Positions 38,504 to 48,152 of a stretch of DNA of 64,000 nucleotides are shown here, piece by piece (the stretch's first letter is position 1; each line of letters opens with the position of its first letter). The stretch covers positions 111-64,110 of the IMG/VR virus record IMGVR_UViG_3300037067_005614. One strand, 5' to 3'. A model generated the notes under the pieces. That model worked only from the letters and a program-made list of their open reading frames with translations, did not search any database and was not told the origin of the DNA. The position numbers and the translations under genes were made by a program. Source of the stretch: a virus. Lineage: Duplodnaviria; Caudoviricetes.

Positions 38504-38531
38504 ATTATAATCGGCCCCGACTACGATACAA
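38504..38531 (-). promoter_or_regulatory. Sigma70-like early promoter
   Basis: TTGTAT-N16-TATAAT with AT-rich upstream sequence. Confidence 0.65.
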
Positions 38532-38600
38532 GCCCAATTCCGTTTGGATTTCGGAAATATTTTGGTCCAGAGTACCCTAGTTATACTAGTAGTACCAACA

Positions 38601-38624
38601 GAAAAGCCCCCTAGGGAGGGGGCT
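38601..38624 (-). terminator. Rho-independent terminator after ParB-like gene
   Basis: AGCCCCCT-CCCT-AGGGGGCT-TTTC on the minus strand. Confidence 0.6.
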
Positions 38625-38694
38625 AAGTGGTTTGGGATAGTTTGTGATGGTATGACTACTATATAGTAGTCAGCCAAAGCGGCTTTGGCGGGGA

Positions 38695-40440
38695 CTAACG
38701 GGGCTGGGCCTGACGCAGATCGGCTACGGCTACCACTTGCACGTTGCCGGCACCGCGGAAGCCTGTGTCCACCTTGACTCGCACCACCTTGTCGTTGCTT
38801 TCGACGATGCGACCCCGCCAGTGCTCTCCATCCCTGTCGAACACCCACGTGAGTGTGCCAACCTTGGCCTTTGGCTTGCTAGTGGGTAGCTTCTTGGTCT
38901 TCTCGGGGGCTTTGCTCTTGGGAAATTTGGCCTTGGTTGCAGGCTTGGGGGCAGATGTTGGTTTGGCGAGGGTTAGCTGCGATAGGTCAACCTCCCAATC
39001 CCCATCTTGGCTGTGAACCATTACCTTCTCTTGGCCGTTGTTGCACTTGTACGGGTCATCTAGTAGTTTGCCTAGGTAATGGTCACCATCGGATTCTTCG
39101 ATCCAGGCCACATCATCTTTCGACCACATCTTGCCGGCACGCTTTGGGTTAAGGACTAGCTTCTCAGCCTTGGGTTTGCGAACCTCTTTCTTGCTCTCTT
39201 CGATTTCCTCTGGGGTTGGGTCGGTCTCAACCGTGGTTTCTTCCTCATCTTCGTCTGGGCAACCCAGGTCAATACCGCCCACGGCTGGATAGTCCAACAA
39301 CTCCTTCTGCCCTGCGTCGTTGATGTGGTAGTCAGGCGTTAGGGCACTGACGGAGAGCTTGTCTCCATTCATAAGAGCCGTCCAAGCATTGGCGAAGATG
39401 CTGGTCTTTTCGGCTGCTGACCCTGTGCCTTCCATTCTGGCCTTGACTAAGGTATCCCTCAGGGGCTGCAACGCCTTGGATCCCCCAGCTAGCTCTACCC
39501 AGAAGTCCCTAGCTTTGTCCCACAGACTCCAGTCCAGCAAACCTTCGTGTGGAACGTCTGCCAATCGATAGTCACTATTGCTGTAGTCAGTGTGGGACTG
39601 CCCCATTAGGTAGCACAAGCAGGCAGCGTAGCCAGGGCTGACCCATTGGCCGATACGGAATACCCGCTCTCCATCCTCTGTGGTGTCTGTCGTGTTCTCT
39701 TCGAAGATGTGTTTGACGCATTCGAGTAACCGTTCATGCCTGGCGAGCAGGTCTAGGGAGTCAGCGTGACTGCGCTTGTTGCTGTAGTTGCCTAGGGAGG
39801 CTCTGGTACGATCCCAAAGCAGTTGGAGAGCATAGTGAGTCATGCGGGCCAGTATCTTGCGGCCCTTCTCTGGCACTGCCGCGAAGTACTCGCTGCGGCA
39901 GATGACCTCCCACAATGTACGTGGTTTGCCGGTGTCGATGGTGTTGACAGTAGCATCATCCTCATCGACACCCAAGATCATGCAGGTTTCCAATACCGGT
40001 TCGGTTGGCCAGTACTTAGCCCATCGTTCCTTATTCTTTGCCCACTCTTGCCATGCCAATACCAAACCAATCAGCCTATGCTGAGCACTGACGGTAACCC
40101 CAGTCTTACCAATAATGAGAGTCTCACCATTGAGCTTCCACCTGTGATGGAGAATCTCGCTGCACCATTTACGGGCTGTCGCCATGTCGAAAGGCCGATT
40201 GCCAATGTTGTTCCAGAGCCGTACCTTCTTGCCGTAGCGATCGACTAGGGTATAGTTGCCGTCGGCTACGTCGCTGTCGTCCCAATCAAGCAGATCCTTG
40301 GCTTGGGATACGGTGAGAGCATCCTTACCCATACAGATGCGCGCTTGGGGTTCAGGATACAGCACTGCGCGGGACTTGGTCTTGCTGGGGTTCGAGGACT
40401 TGGCGGAAACAGCATTATCGGTCTTGTGGATCTTGGGCAT
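38695..40440 (-). CDS. ParB/Srx-like N-terminal domain protein with acidic linker and putative SH3/Tudor-like C-terminal domains
   Basis: NRP...W.LNGETLII.......SAQHRL...IDTGKPRT pattern (variant of DGQHRL). Confidence 0.6.
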   Translation of the reverse strand: MPKIHKTDNAVSAKSSNPSKTKSRAVLYPEPQARICMGKDALTVSQAKDLLDWDDSDVADGNYTLVDRYGKKVRLWNNIGNRPFDMATARKWCSEILHHRWKLNGETLIIGKTGVTVSAQHRLIGLVLAWQEWAKNKERWAKYWPTEPVLETCMILGVDEDDATVNTIDTGKPRTLWEVICRSEYFAAVPEKGRKILARMTHYALQLLWDRTRASLGNYSNKRSHADSLDLLARHERLLECVKHIFEENTTDTTEDGERVFRIGQWVSPGYAACLCYLMGQSHTDYSNSDYRLADVPHEGLLDWSLWDKARDFWVELAGGSKALQPLRDTLVKARMEGTGSAAEKTSIFANAWTALMNGDKLSVSALTPDYHINDAGQKELLDYPAVGGIDLGCPDEDEEETTVETDPTPEEIEESKKEVRKPKAEKLVLNPKRAGKMWSKDDVAWIEESDGDHYLGKLLDDPYKCNNGQEKVMVHSQDGDWEVDLSQLTLAKPTSAPKPATKAKFPKSKAPEKTKKLPTSKPKAKVGTLTWVFDRDGEHWRGRIVESNDKVVRVKVDTGFRGAGNVQVVAVADLRQAQPR

Positions 40441-40838
40441 TGCATCTCTCTCCTAATTCGTGGCTTCCTAGCACAACTACCGCTAGGTGGTTTACCTAGG
40501 TAGTAGTACTAATTTACCGGGTGCCGCAGTAAAGTAAACCCCGGTTTACCAAATTGGGAGAGAGTCCAATTTAGACGATAATTTTGCCCTAACCCTTTAC
40601 TATATAATACTTTACTTAATATACTACTATAGTAGTAGTATAGTAGGTAGGGGGCTCCAGTATATCAGTATAATGGTTTTGGCCTAGTAGGTAAAGGGGC
40701 GCGCCAAAATAATTTTTGGCACCTTATATAGGCGCGCCGTACAAGCGGCAAACCACGATGAACTTCGATCCAGTCTTGGTTGCAAACCCTAAGCGCGCTT
40801 ATTTACCGACTGTAGCGCGCAGGGTCGTAGTAGTAACT

Positions 40839-40848
40839 AGGTATAATA
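40839..40848 (+). promoter_or_regulatory. AGGTATAATA promoter (-10) of the replication operon
   Basis: Identical 10-mer at 43092 (+) and 30440-30449 (-). Confidence 0.55.
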
Positions 40849-40893
40849 GGCTTCTGCGACAACTGCTTGCTCTAACCTTCAATTGGAGAAACT

Positions 40894-41094
40894 ATGAGAC
40901 GTTTATCTAAAAAGAGACGCCGGTATCCATGGAATGCTTGGTTCAAGAAGAGACGAGTGTTGATTAAGCACAAGAAGGACTTCGACTGCCAACCCCATGG
41001 TATGGCGCAGCAAATCCGTAATGAGGCCTGTAAGCGCGGCATCAGCGTTAGCATCAGCATTGATAATGGATTTATCGCCTTTGAAAGGGTTTGA
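40894..41094 (+). CDS. Small basic putative DNA-binding protein
   Basis: RYPW..WF motif; GGAG RBS. Confidence 0.5.
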   Translation: MRRLSKKRRRYPWNAWFKKRRVLIKHKKDFDCQPHGMAQQIRNEACKRGISVSISIDNGFIAFERV

Positions 41095-41095
41095 T

Positions 41096-41683
41096 ATGCC
41101 AAGGATTAACCAACAACAGCGCGCGCCTATCTACTACCTAGGCATTGACCCAGGCAAGAATGGGGGATTGTGTTGTTTAAGAAGAAATAGTGATCAAAAG
41201 CCTGCCCATCGCGTAATGCCTGACTCTATGTTTGATATTTGGCGGTGGATAGAAGTCTGGTCCGCTGTGCCTGGCGCTAGGCTTTATGCAGTCATTGAAC
41301 AGGTATACACATCCCCACAGATGGGAGTGGTTAGCGCTGGCACGTTCATGAAGGGTTATGGCGCGCTGCTAATGGCTCTTACCGCAGCCGGTATCCCTTA
41401 TGAAGAGATTCGTCCTCAGGTGTGGCAGAAGGCACTTAACATTCCACCTAGAAAGCCGGGCAAGAAAATCAAAGTGCCCAACCCTAAGAAGTCTGGCAAG
41501 ATGAAAACGGTAACTAAGGGAGGAGAGACGGACACTCAATGGAAGAAGCGATTGCGCAATAAGGCTCAGCAATTGTTTCCTTCCCTAGAAGTCTGGCGGG
41601 GCCCCATCGGTAAGCAATTGGCTGTTGCAGATGCAATTTTGATTGCTGAGTACTGTCGTCGTAAACACCAAGGAACTATGTAG
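41096..41683 (+). CDS. RuvC-like Holliday junction resolvase
   Basis: LGIDPGKNGG, VIEQV, P..WQK, ADAILIA.Y. Confidence 0.8.
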   Translation: MPRINQQQRAPIYYLGIDPGKNGGLCCLRRNSDQKPAHRVMPDSMFDIWRWIEVWSAVPGARLYAVIEQVYTSPQMGVVSAGTFMKGYGALLMALTAAGIPYEEIRPQVWQKALNIPPRKPGKKIKVPNPKKSGKMKTVTKGGETDTQWKKRLRNKAQQLFPSLEVWRGPIGKQLAVADAILIAEYCRRKHQGTM

Positions 41684-41695
41684 GGGTATTCTCTT

Positions 41696-42088
41696 ATGAG
41701 TTACGACATCAGCTTGTTGGATCCGGTTACGAAGGACTGCATCGGATTCGATGCGCCGCACGACATGGCTGGAGGGGTATACGCACTGGGAGGTACGAAG
41801 GCAGCGCGGCTCAACGTCACGTACAACTACGCAGATTGCTTTTATCGTGTCATGGGATTGAGGGGTATTCGTAGCATCTACGGGCTGACTGGGGCCGAGA
41901 GCATTCCGGTACTGAGTCGCGCGATTGAGCAACTCGCCGACGATATTGACGAGGACTACTGGAAGGCTACCGAAGGCAACATTCTCCTCTGTGTTGAATT
42001 CACGCTCTTGGGCAACGTCAAGCGAGCGTTAATGCAACTGCGGGACATGGCCCAGATGCGCCCAGATGGTATTTGGTCTGGCGATTAG
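41696..42088 (+). CDS. Hypothetical protein with a possible 36-bp in-frame insertion
   Basis: MSYDI...LNVTYNY...YWKATEGN[ILLCVEFTLLGN]VKRAL...PDG.W. Confidence 0.6.
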   Translation: MSYDISLLDPVTKDCIGFDAPHDMAGGVYALGGTKAARLNVTYNYADCFYRVMGLRGIRSIYGLTGAESIPVLSRAIEQLADDIDEDYWKATEGNILLCVEFTLLGNVKRALMQLRDMAQMRPDGIWSGD

Positions 42089-42125
42089 TCACAGCTATGT
42101 CCTTCTTCACTAGGATTCCCCAGCA

Positions 42126-42692
42126 ATGTCTAGATACACCGACCATGTAGCGAAGTGGCGTAATTGCAGGAGATGTAACCTCTGTAAGAGCAGACACAAT
42201 GTTGTTCTGCTAAGAGGTCATGTGCCTTGCCAAGTGTTGTTTGTGGGCGAGGCACCTGGGACATCAGAAAATTTACTTGGTAAACCCTTCAGCGGTCCTG
42301 CCGGCAACTTGCTGAATCGTATGCTAGCTGAAGCCCTACCTCCCTCTGTTACCTATGCCATTACCAACCTCGTTGGCTGCATCCCCAAGGATACGGAGGA
42401 AGGGGCCGGTAAGAACAAACTAGGGGAACCACCAACCTATGCGATTGAAGCTTGCAAACCAAGGCTGGTTGAGATTGTGCAGATATGCCAACCTAAGATC
42501 ATCATCAGTGTAGGCAAGCTGGCTAAGAAGTGGTTGCCTATCCTACTAGCTGATACTTACCGTCTAGGCGAGGATTACAAGACTGCCGATATCATTCACC
42601 CGGCTGCTATACTGCGCGCAGATGTTAGCCAGCAAGGCTTAGCTATCCAGCGCAGCCTCGTTACTATCCAAGATGCCGTAGAAGATTTGTAG
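42126..42692 (+). CDS. Family 4 uracil-DNA glycosylase
   Basis: C..C.L, VGEAPG..E...GKPF.GPAG.LL, TNLV.C.P, HPAA.LR. Confidence 0.88.
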   Translation: MSRYTDHVAKWRNCRRCNLCKSRHNVVLLRGHVPCQVLFVGEAPGTSENLLGKPFSGPAGNLLNRMLAEALPPSVTYAITNLVGCIPKDTEEGAGKNKLGEPPTYAIEACKPRLVEIVQICQPKIIISVGKLAKKWLPILLADTYRLGEDYKTADIIHPAAILRADVSQQGLAIQRSLVTIQDAVEDL

Positions 42693-42725
42693 CAACATCA
42701 TTCCCCAAGCGACAGGATACTAACC

Positions 42726-43055
42726 GTGATCTACGTACATTGCCGAACAAACCTCGATGACGTGATGCGAATTGAGCAATGGCCAGAAGAATTGCCAGAA
42801 CGCCCCATGCTAGGAGATAGGATTCTGTCCCTAACAGATCATTACGGATATTCGATAGAATTAGAGGTATTCGGCTTGACTTGGAAGAAACCAAAAGCAG
42901 GAACCTGGGCTCCAGTAGTCGATCACCGTAAGTGTAGCGAGGATTGGTATCTGGAAGTCGAATTGCACATACCGTCTTGGCAGAAAAGCCTATCTATCAA
43001 AGACTGGCAGGAGTGGTATAAGAAGGTTAGAATGCCACCATCTCACCGTACCTAA
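42726..43055 (+). CDS. Hypothetical protein
   Basis: AGGA RBS, 109 aa. Confidence 0.45.
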   Translation: MIYVHCRTNLDDVMRIEQWPEELPERPMLGDRILSLTDHYGYSIELEVFGLTWKKPKAGTWAPVVDHRKCSEDWYLEVELHIPSWQKSLSIKDWQEWYKKVRMPPSHRT

Positions 43056-43091
43056 AGCCGGCTTTGCTTAGGCAACTACTTTCGGCTAATT

Positions 43092-43101
43092 AGGTATAAT
43101 A
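43092..43101 (+). promoter_or_regulatory. AGGTATAATA promoter (-10)
   Basis: Intergenic; repeated motif. Confidence 0.55.
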
Positions 43102-43263
43102 AAGCCTGCATTGCACGTACCGACACTACGTCCGGTGGTTCATAGGCAACTGAGGTTGCCTTAACCCGTAATGCAGCTATGGCTGTAAGGGAGGTAAACC
43201 ATGCCCCAAACAGTCAGCTAACGGCTGACACGACAATTTATTCCTACCTACGTCCTCGGTAGG

Positions 43264-43337
43264 ACTGCTGGATGGGTTAATTGATTCCAGAGATTCCACA
43301 TTAATCAATTGCCTGGTTCGACTCCAGGCTCAGCAGT
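43264..43337 (+). ncRNA. tRNA-like (acceptor + T-arm) element
   Basis: ACTGCTG/CAGCAGT closing stem, AATTGATT/AATCAATT stem, GCCTGG-TTCGACT-CCAGGC T-arm. Confidence 0.55.
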
Positions 43338-43363
43338 TTTCTGTTAAAAATTGGAGTTGCCCA

Positions 43364-44059
43364 ATGGACATATTCTTCAGTGAAATTGACGGATTACCCG
43401 TAGAGACATCCCCACCACTTATTTTCCAAGTAGTTGGACAACACACTTCACCAGGATGTGACTGTCAGGGAGGAGCGAGATTTGAATTCGATCTAGGTTT
43501 GGAAGAGTGGGTAATCTATGATTACCTAGTCCCTAGATGCTGGGGTTATGCTGGATACCCACATGAACGAGGTCACATACCCTTAAATCTAGCTGTGGAT
43601 TTGTTTGAACAAGACATTGGCATCAAACTACTATACGCAGGAAGCATAAGAGACAATCAGATTAGTGGCCCCTGTGTTGTAGATTTCAGCGAGGTGCGAT
43701 GCTGTATAAGAAGAGGACAGTCAGCCTATATTGTTGAGGCTTGGTATGATGATTGGCTGGCGAAGACACAATGTAAATATTGCAAAAGGAGAATGTCTAG
43801 AAGTAATGTAGGTCTTGCCAAAGGCAAGATCCTATCTTGGACAAGGTCTAGGGGTAATTGGTTTTGTTCTGAAAATTGTATAGTAAAGGAGAAAGAGCGA
43901 TGGCTACGAGAGACAATGCAAAGCGATCAATCACAAGCAAGAGCAAAAAGGCTTCTAAGTCTGACGTCCAAGGCGTTGCAAGCCGCACGTCGCCGAAAGC
44001 CAGATGCCTTAAAGTTGCTGAAGAAGGAATTCGATCGGGAAGCGATTTTGCCAAGTTGA
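43364..44059 (+). CDS. Hypothetical protein with Cys motifs
   Basis: GGAG RBS; CKYC...FCS..C. Confidence 0.45.
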   Translation: MDIFFSEIDGLPVETSPPLIFQVVGQHTSPGCDCQGGARFEFDLGLEEWVIYDYLVPRCWGYAGYPHERGHIPLNLAVDLFEQDIGIKLLYAGSIRDNQISGPCVVDFSEVRCCIRRGQSAYIVEAWYDDWLAKTQCKYCKRRMSRSNVGLAKGKILSWTRSRGNWFCSENCIVKEKERWLRETMQSDQSQARAKRLLSLTSKALQAARRRKPDALKLLKKEFDREAILPS

Positions 44060-44211
44060 TGTCGGCAATGATGACTGACCTGATCAAAGGCGATATACCA
44101 GCTCAGATAGCAAATGCCACGATCAGCAGTGGGAATGCTATGCTAAGGGTTGTGGTCATGCAGTACAAGTATGGCAAGCCTTCCAATGATGGATTCAACC
44201 TATTGAAGTAA
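43900..44211 (+). CDS. Hypothetical protein
   Basis: AAGGAG RBS; overlaps the upstream ORF end. Confidence 0.4.
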   Translation: MATRDNAKRSITSKSKKASKSDVQGVASRTSPKARCLKVAEEGIRSGSDFAKLMSAMMTDLIKGDIPAQIANATISSGNAMLRVVVMQYKYGKPSNDGFNLLK

Positions 44212-44223
44212 GGGAACTAGGCA

Positions 44224-45402
44224 ATGCCTACCATTAAAACCAAGAAACTAGCTTCTGTGCTGAAGAAGGCCAATACGATTAGCAAAGCGAAGTCAAAGAG
44301 GAAAGATCCAGTGTGGGCTGGACCTTGTGACCCTAGTAACAGGGGCGGCATTACCCAATCACTGCTGTGTCAGTTCTTGGTGTGCCGTGAGCGATTCAGA
44401 TTGCGAGTGGTTGAAGGATTGAGGTCTGCTGACTCTTTCAACCATCGCCTTGAATATGGGCAGATGTGGCACACGTGCGAAGAGTTTCTCGCAAAGCATC
44501 ATGCTGCTATTTGGAAACAAGGTGAAAACCCGTGGGACCCTGCTCTTCGCTTTTATTGCCAGAATCTTTGCAAACAATATCGACTACAGCAAGAGCAGAT
44601 ACAGCACTGGTACAATGTCTGCAAGGTGCAGTTCCCCAGCTACGTGAAGTATTGGGCTAAACATCCAGACGTGAAGGCGCGCAATCCTCTGTTCCAAGAG
44701 GAAGTATTCAACGTGCCTTATCTGTTACCATCCGGTCGCACAGTCTACTTGCGCGGGAAGTTTGACAGTGTTGACTTAATCGGTAAGGGCAAGTCTGCCC
44801 GTATCTACCTCCAAGAAAACAAGACCAAGGGAGACATCGATGAGGTTCAGTTGAAACGACAGCTGCAATTTGACCTGCAAACGATGCTCTATCTGACTGC
44901 CTTATGGAAGCAGTATTGCCCAACAGGCAAGGGTGGGTCTACGCTTGGTGCCCCTATCTTCGGTATTTGCTACAATGTAGTTCGTCGCCCATTGAGCGGT
45001 GGTAAGGGGTCTATTGTCCAACGCAAGGGCAATGGTAAATCAACCAAGCCAGAGACCAATGAGGAATTCTACAAGCGACTGGGTGAGGTAATTGAAGAGC
45101 AGCCGGAATTGTTCTTCATGCGATGGAAGGTAGAGGTGCTGCCTTCCGATATTGAGAGATTCAAGCGAGAATTTCTCAACCCAGTACTAGAGCAGTTGTG
45201 TGACTGGTGGGCAGTTGTTGGTGGAAACAAAACCCAATCCCAGTTTGACACAGAAGTAAACGGGGGCATTCATTGGCGTATGCCTTATGGGGTCTATTCA
45301 CCGCTGCTGGATGGAGGATCTACCGAGATAGATGAGTATCTAACTTCTGGTTCCACATTAGGGCTAGAGAAAGCCTCTGAGTTGTTCCCTGAACTAAGGT
45401 GA
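44224..45402 (+). CDS. PD-(D/E)XK exonuclease
   Basis: ITQS.L..F..C...F, G...H, RGKFD.V...ENKT, Q...Y. Confidence 0.8.
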   Translation: MPTIKTKKLASVLKKANTISKAKSKRKDPVWAGPCDPSNRGGITQSLLCQFLVCRERFRLRVVEGLRSADSFNHRLEYGQMWHTCEEFLAKHHAAIWKQGENPWDPALRFYCQNLCKQYRLQQEQIQHWYNVCKVQFPSYVKYWAKHPDVKARNPLFQEEVFNVPYLLPSGRTVYLRGKFDSVDLIGKGKSARIYLQENKTKGDIDEVQLKRQLQFDLQTMLYLTALWKQYCPTGKGGSTLGAPIFGICYNVVRRPLSGGKGSIVQRKGNGKSTKPETNEEFYKRLGEVIEEQPELFFMRWKVEVLPSDIERFKREFLNPVLEQLCDWWAVVGGNKTQSQFDTEVNGGIHWRMPYGVYSPLLDGGSTEIDEYLTSGSTLGLEKASELFPELR

Positions 45403-46346
45403 TTGGAGGTAATCATGGGAGATAAGTTACTGCGTTGGCTAGTAGAGCATAACGCAACTATCAGTTTCCACAATGCTGAAGAGTTTCATTGGACAGCTAT
45501 TGATGTTCGTATTGGCGCAAGTAGCGTTACTCCGCCTTTATACGCTGGTTGCCGGCTTAGAGAACATGATTTGGCTAAACCCCAAGCCATACTTGATGCT
45601 GTAGAGAGGCTAGTTGAGCAAATCGAGAGACAGTTAAGGAGTGATTCGCTATGATGGTGTCAATCCAAGAATTGTGGATGATGACTGCTATATGGGTAGC
45701 CTACTCATTAGTCTATGCCTACTTTGGGAAACCAGCCAATGTAAGCATTCGTTTCAAAGAAGTGATCGACTCATTGGCCTTCACTCTGATGGTGACAATA
45801 GTTGCTTGGTCAAGTAATTAGTTGAAAGGACCAGCATGATCTTATCTAGCATCGAATTAGCCGACGTAGATCGATTACTAACCAAGCTCGCTGAATATGA
45901 TGGATCAATCCGCCTCAAAAAACTATCTCCTGGCCTTGCCGTAGTCACAGTTAGTATCAGCCAAGACGAGGTAGGTAATCCCGTCCGCTTGTCGGTACAA
46001 CGGTGTGTCTTGCAAAAAGACGTACCTTCGGTATTGCCGGCTGGTAGTTTTGTGTGTGTGAGATTGTAGAGGCGATTGAAGAACTAGAGGTCATCCTAAA
46101 TGCCAAAAATTCCCCGCAGCATTAAGATTAGGAAGCCAACTAAGACAGTTGCTCAGTTGGTGGAAGAGAAGAAGCTGCCCTCGCTAAACGAAATTACAAC
46201 TGAGTTAGAGGAAATTCGTCTTGCTATGGACGCCTGTTCAAAACGGTTGCTAGACCTAACCACCAAGGTAATGTGCTTTGGGCTTAAGACTCCGACAGGT
46301 AACTTACAGCCAGTTGATGATATTCCTTTCTAGTAAGTAAAGGTAG

Positions 46347-46802
46347 ATGGTTATGACTTTCTCATATGTTCACTATGTCTACATTGGGCGTGACCCGTCG
46401 CTAGTTGGAAAGTCAGCATATGGTATTCTGATGAATTCAAAACCAGAAGAGCCAACTCTTAGAATTCAGGTAGACCAGAAAAATCATGCTTGGTCTTCTG
46501 GCTGGCATGACTCTCCAATAGAAGATTGGGCTGAATTAGTAGAAAGCTTAAGGTCACTATCCCAACTGGCTAAAGACAAGAAGAGTGTCTGCATCCTAGC
46601 CCCAGGTTGGACCGGGTATCGAGGCTACATTCCTGCCTCTAGGGCAATCAACTTCACTGGAGATACGCTACTACGTCTGTTTGAAGGAAAGAAAATCTGC
46701 ATTTATAGACCGAAGAAAACTAAGCAACAACCTAAACAATCAGGAGAAGCAGATGCCGAAAGTTGTTCAGCAGTCAGCGAAGGTGAAACCCAAGGTAGCT
46801 AA
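46347..46802 (+). CDS. Hypothetical protein
   Basis: 151-aa ORF. Confidence 0.4.
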   Translation: MVMTFSYVHYVYIGRDPSLVGKSAYGILMNSKPEEPTLRIQVDQKNHAWSSGWHDSPIEDWAELVESLRSLSQLAKDKKSVCILAPGWTGYRGYIPASRAINFTGDTLLRLFEGKKICIYRPKKTKQQPKQSGEADAESCSAVSEGETQGS

Positions 46803-47595
46803 ACTTAGCAAAACTGATTCTGTGTGGGACCGTATTCGTCCTGTGGAATTAGGAAAGAAGGGGCTGACGGTAAATTTGTATGGACGTAGTGGTACTGGTA
46901 AGACGATACTGGCTTGCACTTTTCCTAAACCCCTACTTATCATTGGATTAGAAGACGGCACCAATTCAGTACACAATGTTGAAGGCGCTGAGTTTGTCTA
47001 CATTAGCAGTAGTGAAGAAATGGGCGAATTGACTGAGAGAGCGGCTTCCACTAGGCGATTCAAGACGGTAGTTCTTGATACAGCTAGTATGCTCCAAGAT
47101 CTGATTCTCAGAGAGATTCTTGGTCTGGAAGAATTGCCGGCACAAAAATTTTGGGGTATGGCAACACGAGAACAATACGGCCAGTGTTCTCTACAGACAA
47201 AAGAGAGGTTGCGAGCTTTGCTGGATCTTTCCACCAAAGCGGCTATAAACGTGGTTATTGTGGCCCAAGAACGTGAATTCAATACGGAGGACACCAGTAA
47301 TTTGCTTATGCCGTTCGTAGCCAGCTCGCTTACTCCGAGTGTTGTAGGCTGGCTGAATCCAGCCTGTGATTACATCGGGCAAATGTTCATACGACAGAAG
47401 GAGGTAATCCAGAAATTCAAGGTTGCCGGCAAGGAGAAAGTGAAGCGAGTGGTTAAGGGGGTTGAGTATTGCCTGCGCACTGCTCCTGATCCAACCTTCA
47501 CCACCAAGTTCCGCCTTCCAAAAGGCACACCCATCCCAGACGTTATTGTTGACCCAGACTATGACAAAATCTATGCTCTAATCAAAGGGAGATGA
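46753..47595 (+). CDS. AAA (Sak4-like) ATPase / recombinase
   Basis: YGRSGTGKT..A.TFPKPL, TVVLDT; context between exonuclease and SSB-like gene. Confidence 0.8.
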   Translation: MPKVVQQSAKVKPKVAKLSKTDSVWDRIRPVELGKKGLTVNLYGRSGTGKTILACTFPKPLLIIGLEDGTNSVHNVEGAEFVYISSSEEMGELTERAASTRRFKTVVLDTASMLQDLILREILGLEELPAQKFWGMATREQYGQCSLQTKERLRALLDLSTKAAINVVIVAQEREFNTEDTSNLLMPFVASSLTPSVVGWLNPACDYIGQMFIRQKEVIQKFKVAGKEKVKRVVKGVEYCLRTAPDPTFTTKFRLPKGTPIPDVIVDPDYDKIYALIKGR

Positions 47596-47602
47596 GACGG
47601 CT

Positions 47603-47989
47603 ATGGATCAGAACCAGAAACTCTATGCAATGGCCCGTGTTAAGGAAGTGTTGGAGACAAGAACCAAGGAACTGAAAGTGAAGTTCACTTCTTGTGTGAA
47701 GGAGGCTTCTGACAGGGCTAAGTTAGATGCGATTCGTGACAATGATGTAGAATTGCGGGGTGGGGCTAAGCTTACAATGACTTTGGCTGAAGCCTTCTAC
47801 TTTGGTGACTTGGTTCCTGCTGAAGTGTTAGACGCTGACAAATACGAAAAGGCGTTAGCTGAGCTGAATGAAAGGGCAGCCAAAGTCAAAGACCGAATCA
47901 TGCTAGGAGATAGTCGTATTGCATTACAAGAGTTACAGGCCTTCTTAGAGGAGAACAACATTGCTGATTCTAAGTCGAAAGCAGGGTGA
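47603..47989 (+). CDS. Hypothetical helical protein
   Basis: 128-aa ORF. Confidence 0.45.
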   Translation: MDQNQKLYAMARVKEVLETRTKELKVKFTSCVKEASDRAKLDAIRDNDVELRGGAKLTMTLAEAFYFGDLVPAEVLDADKYEKALAELNERAAKVKDRIMLGDSRIALQELQAFLEENNIADSKSKAG

Positions 47990-48152
47990 GACAATCTGTA
48001 TCGGTAATGAAATCGAAGTTCAGGTGTTGTCGATTACAGGCAATCGGGTTAGCTTAGGGGTGGCTGGTCCTACAACAGCTAAAGCGGCACCAGGAGAACG
48101 GCCTAAAGCGACAGCGAGCCTGTCACCTGGCTTGCCTAAGCTGGTTAGGTAG
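47961..48152 (+). CDS. csrA: CsrA/RsmA-like protein with divergent C-terminus
   Basis: MLILSRKQGETICIGNEIEVQVL.I.GNRVSLGV..P; GAGGAG RBS. Confidence 0.75.
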   Translation: MLILSRKQGETICIGNEIEVQVLSITGNRVSLGVAGPTTAKAAPGERPKATASLSPGLPKLVR

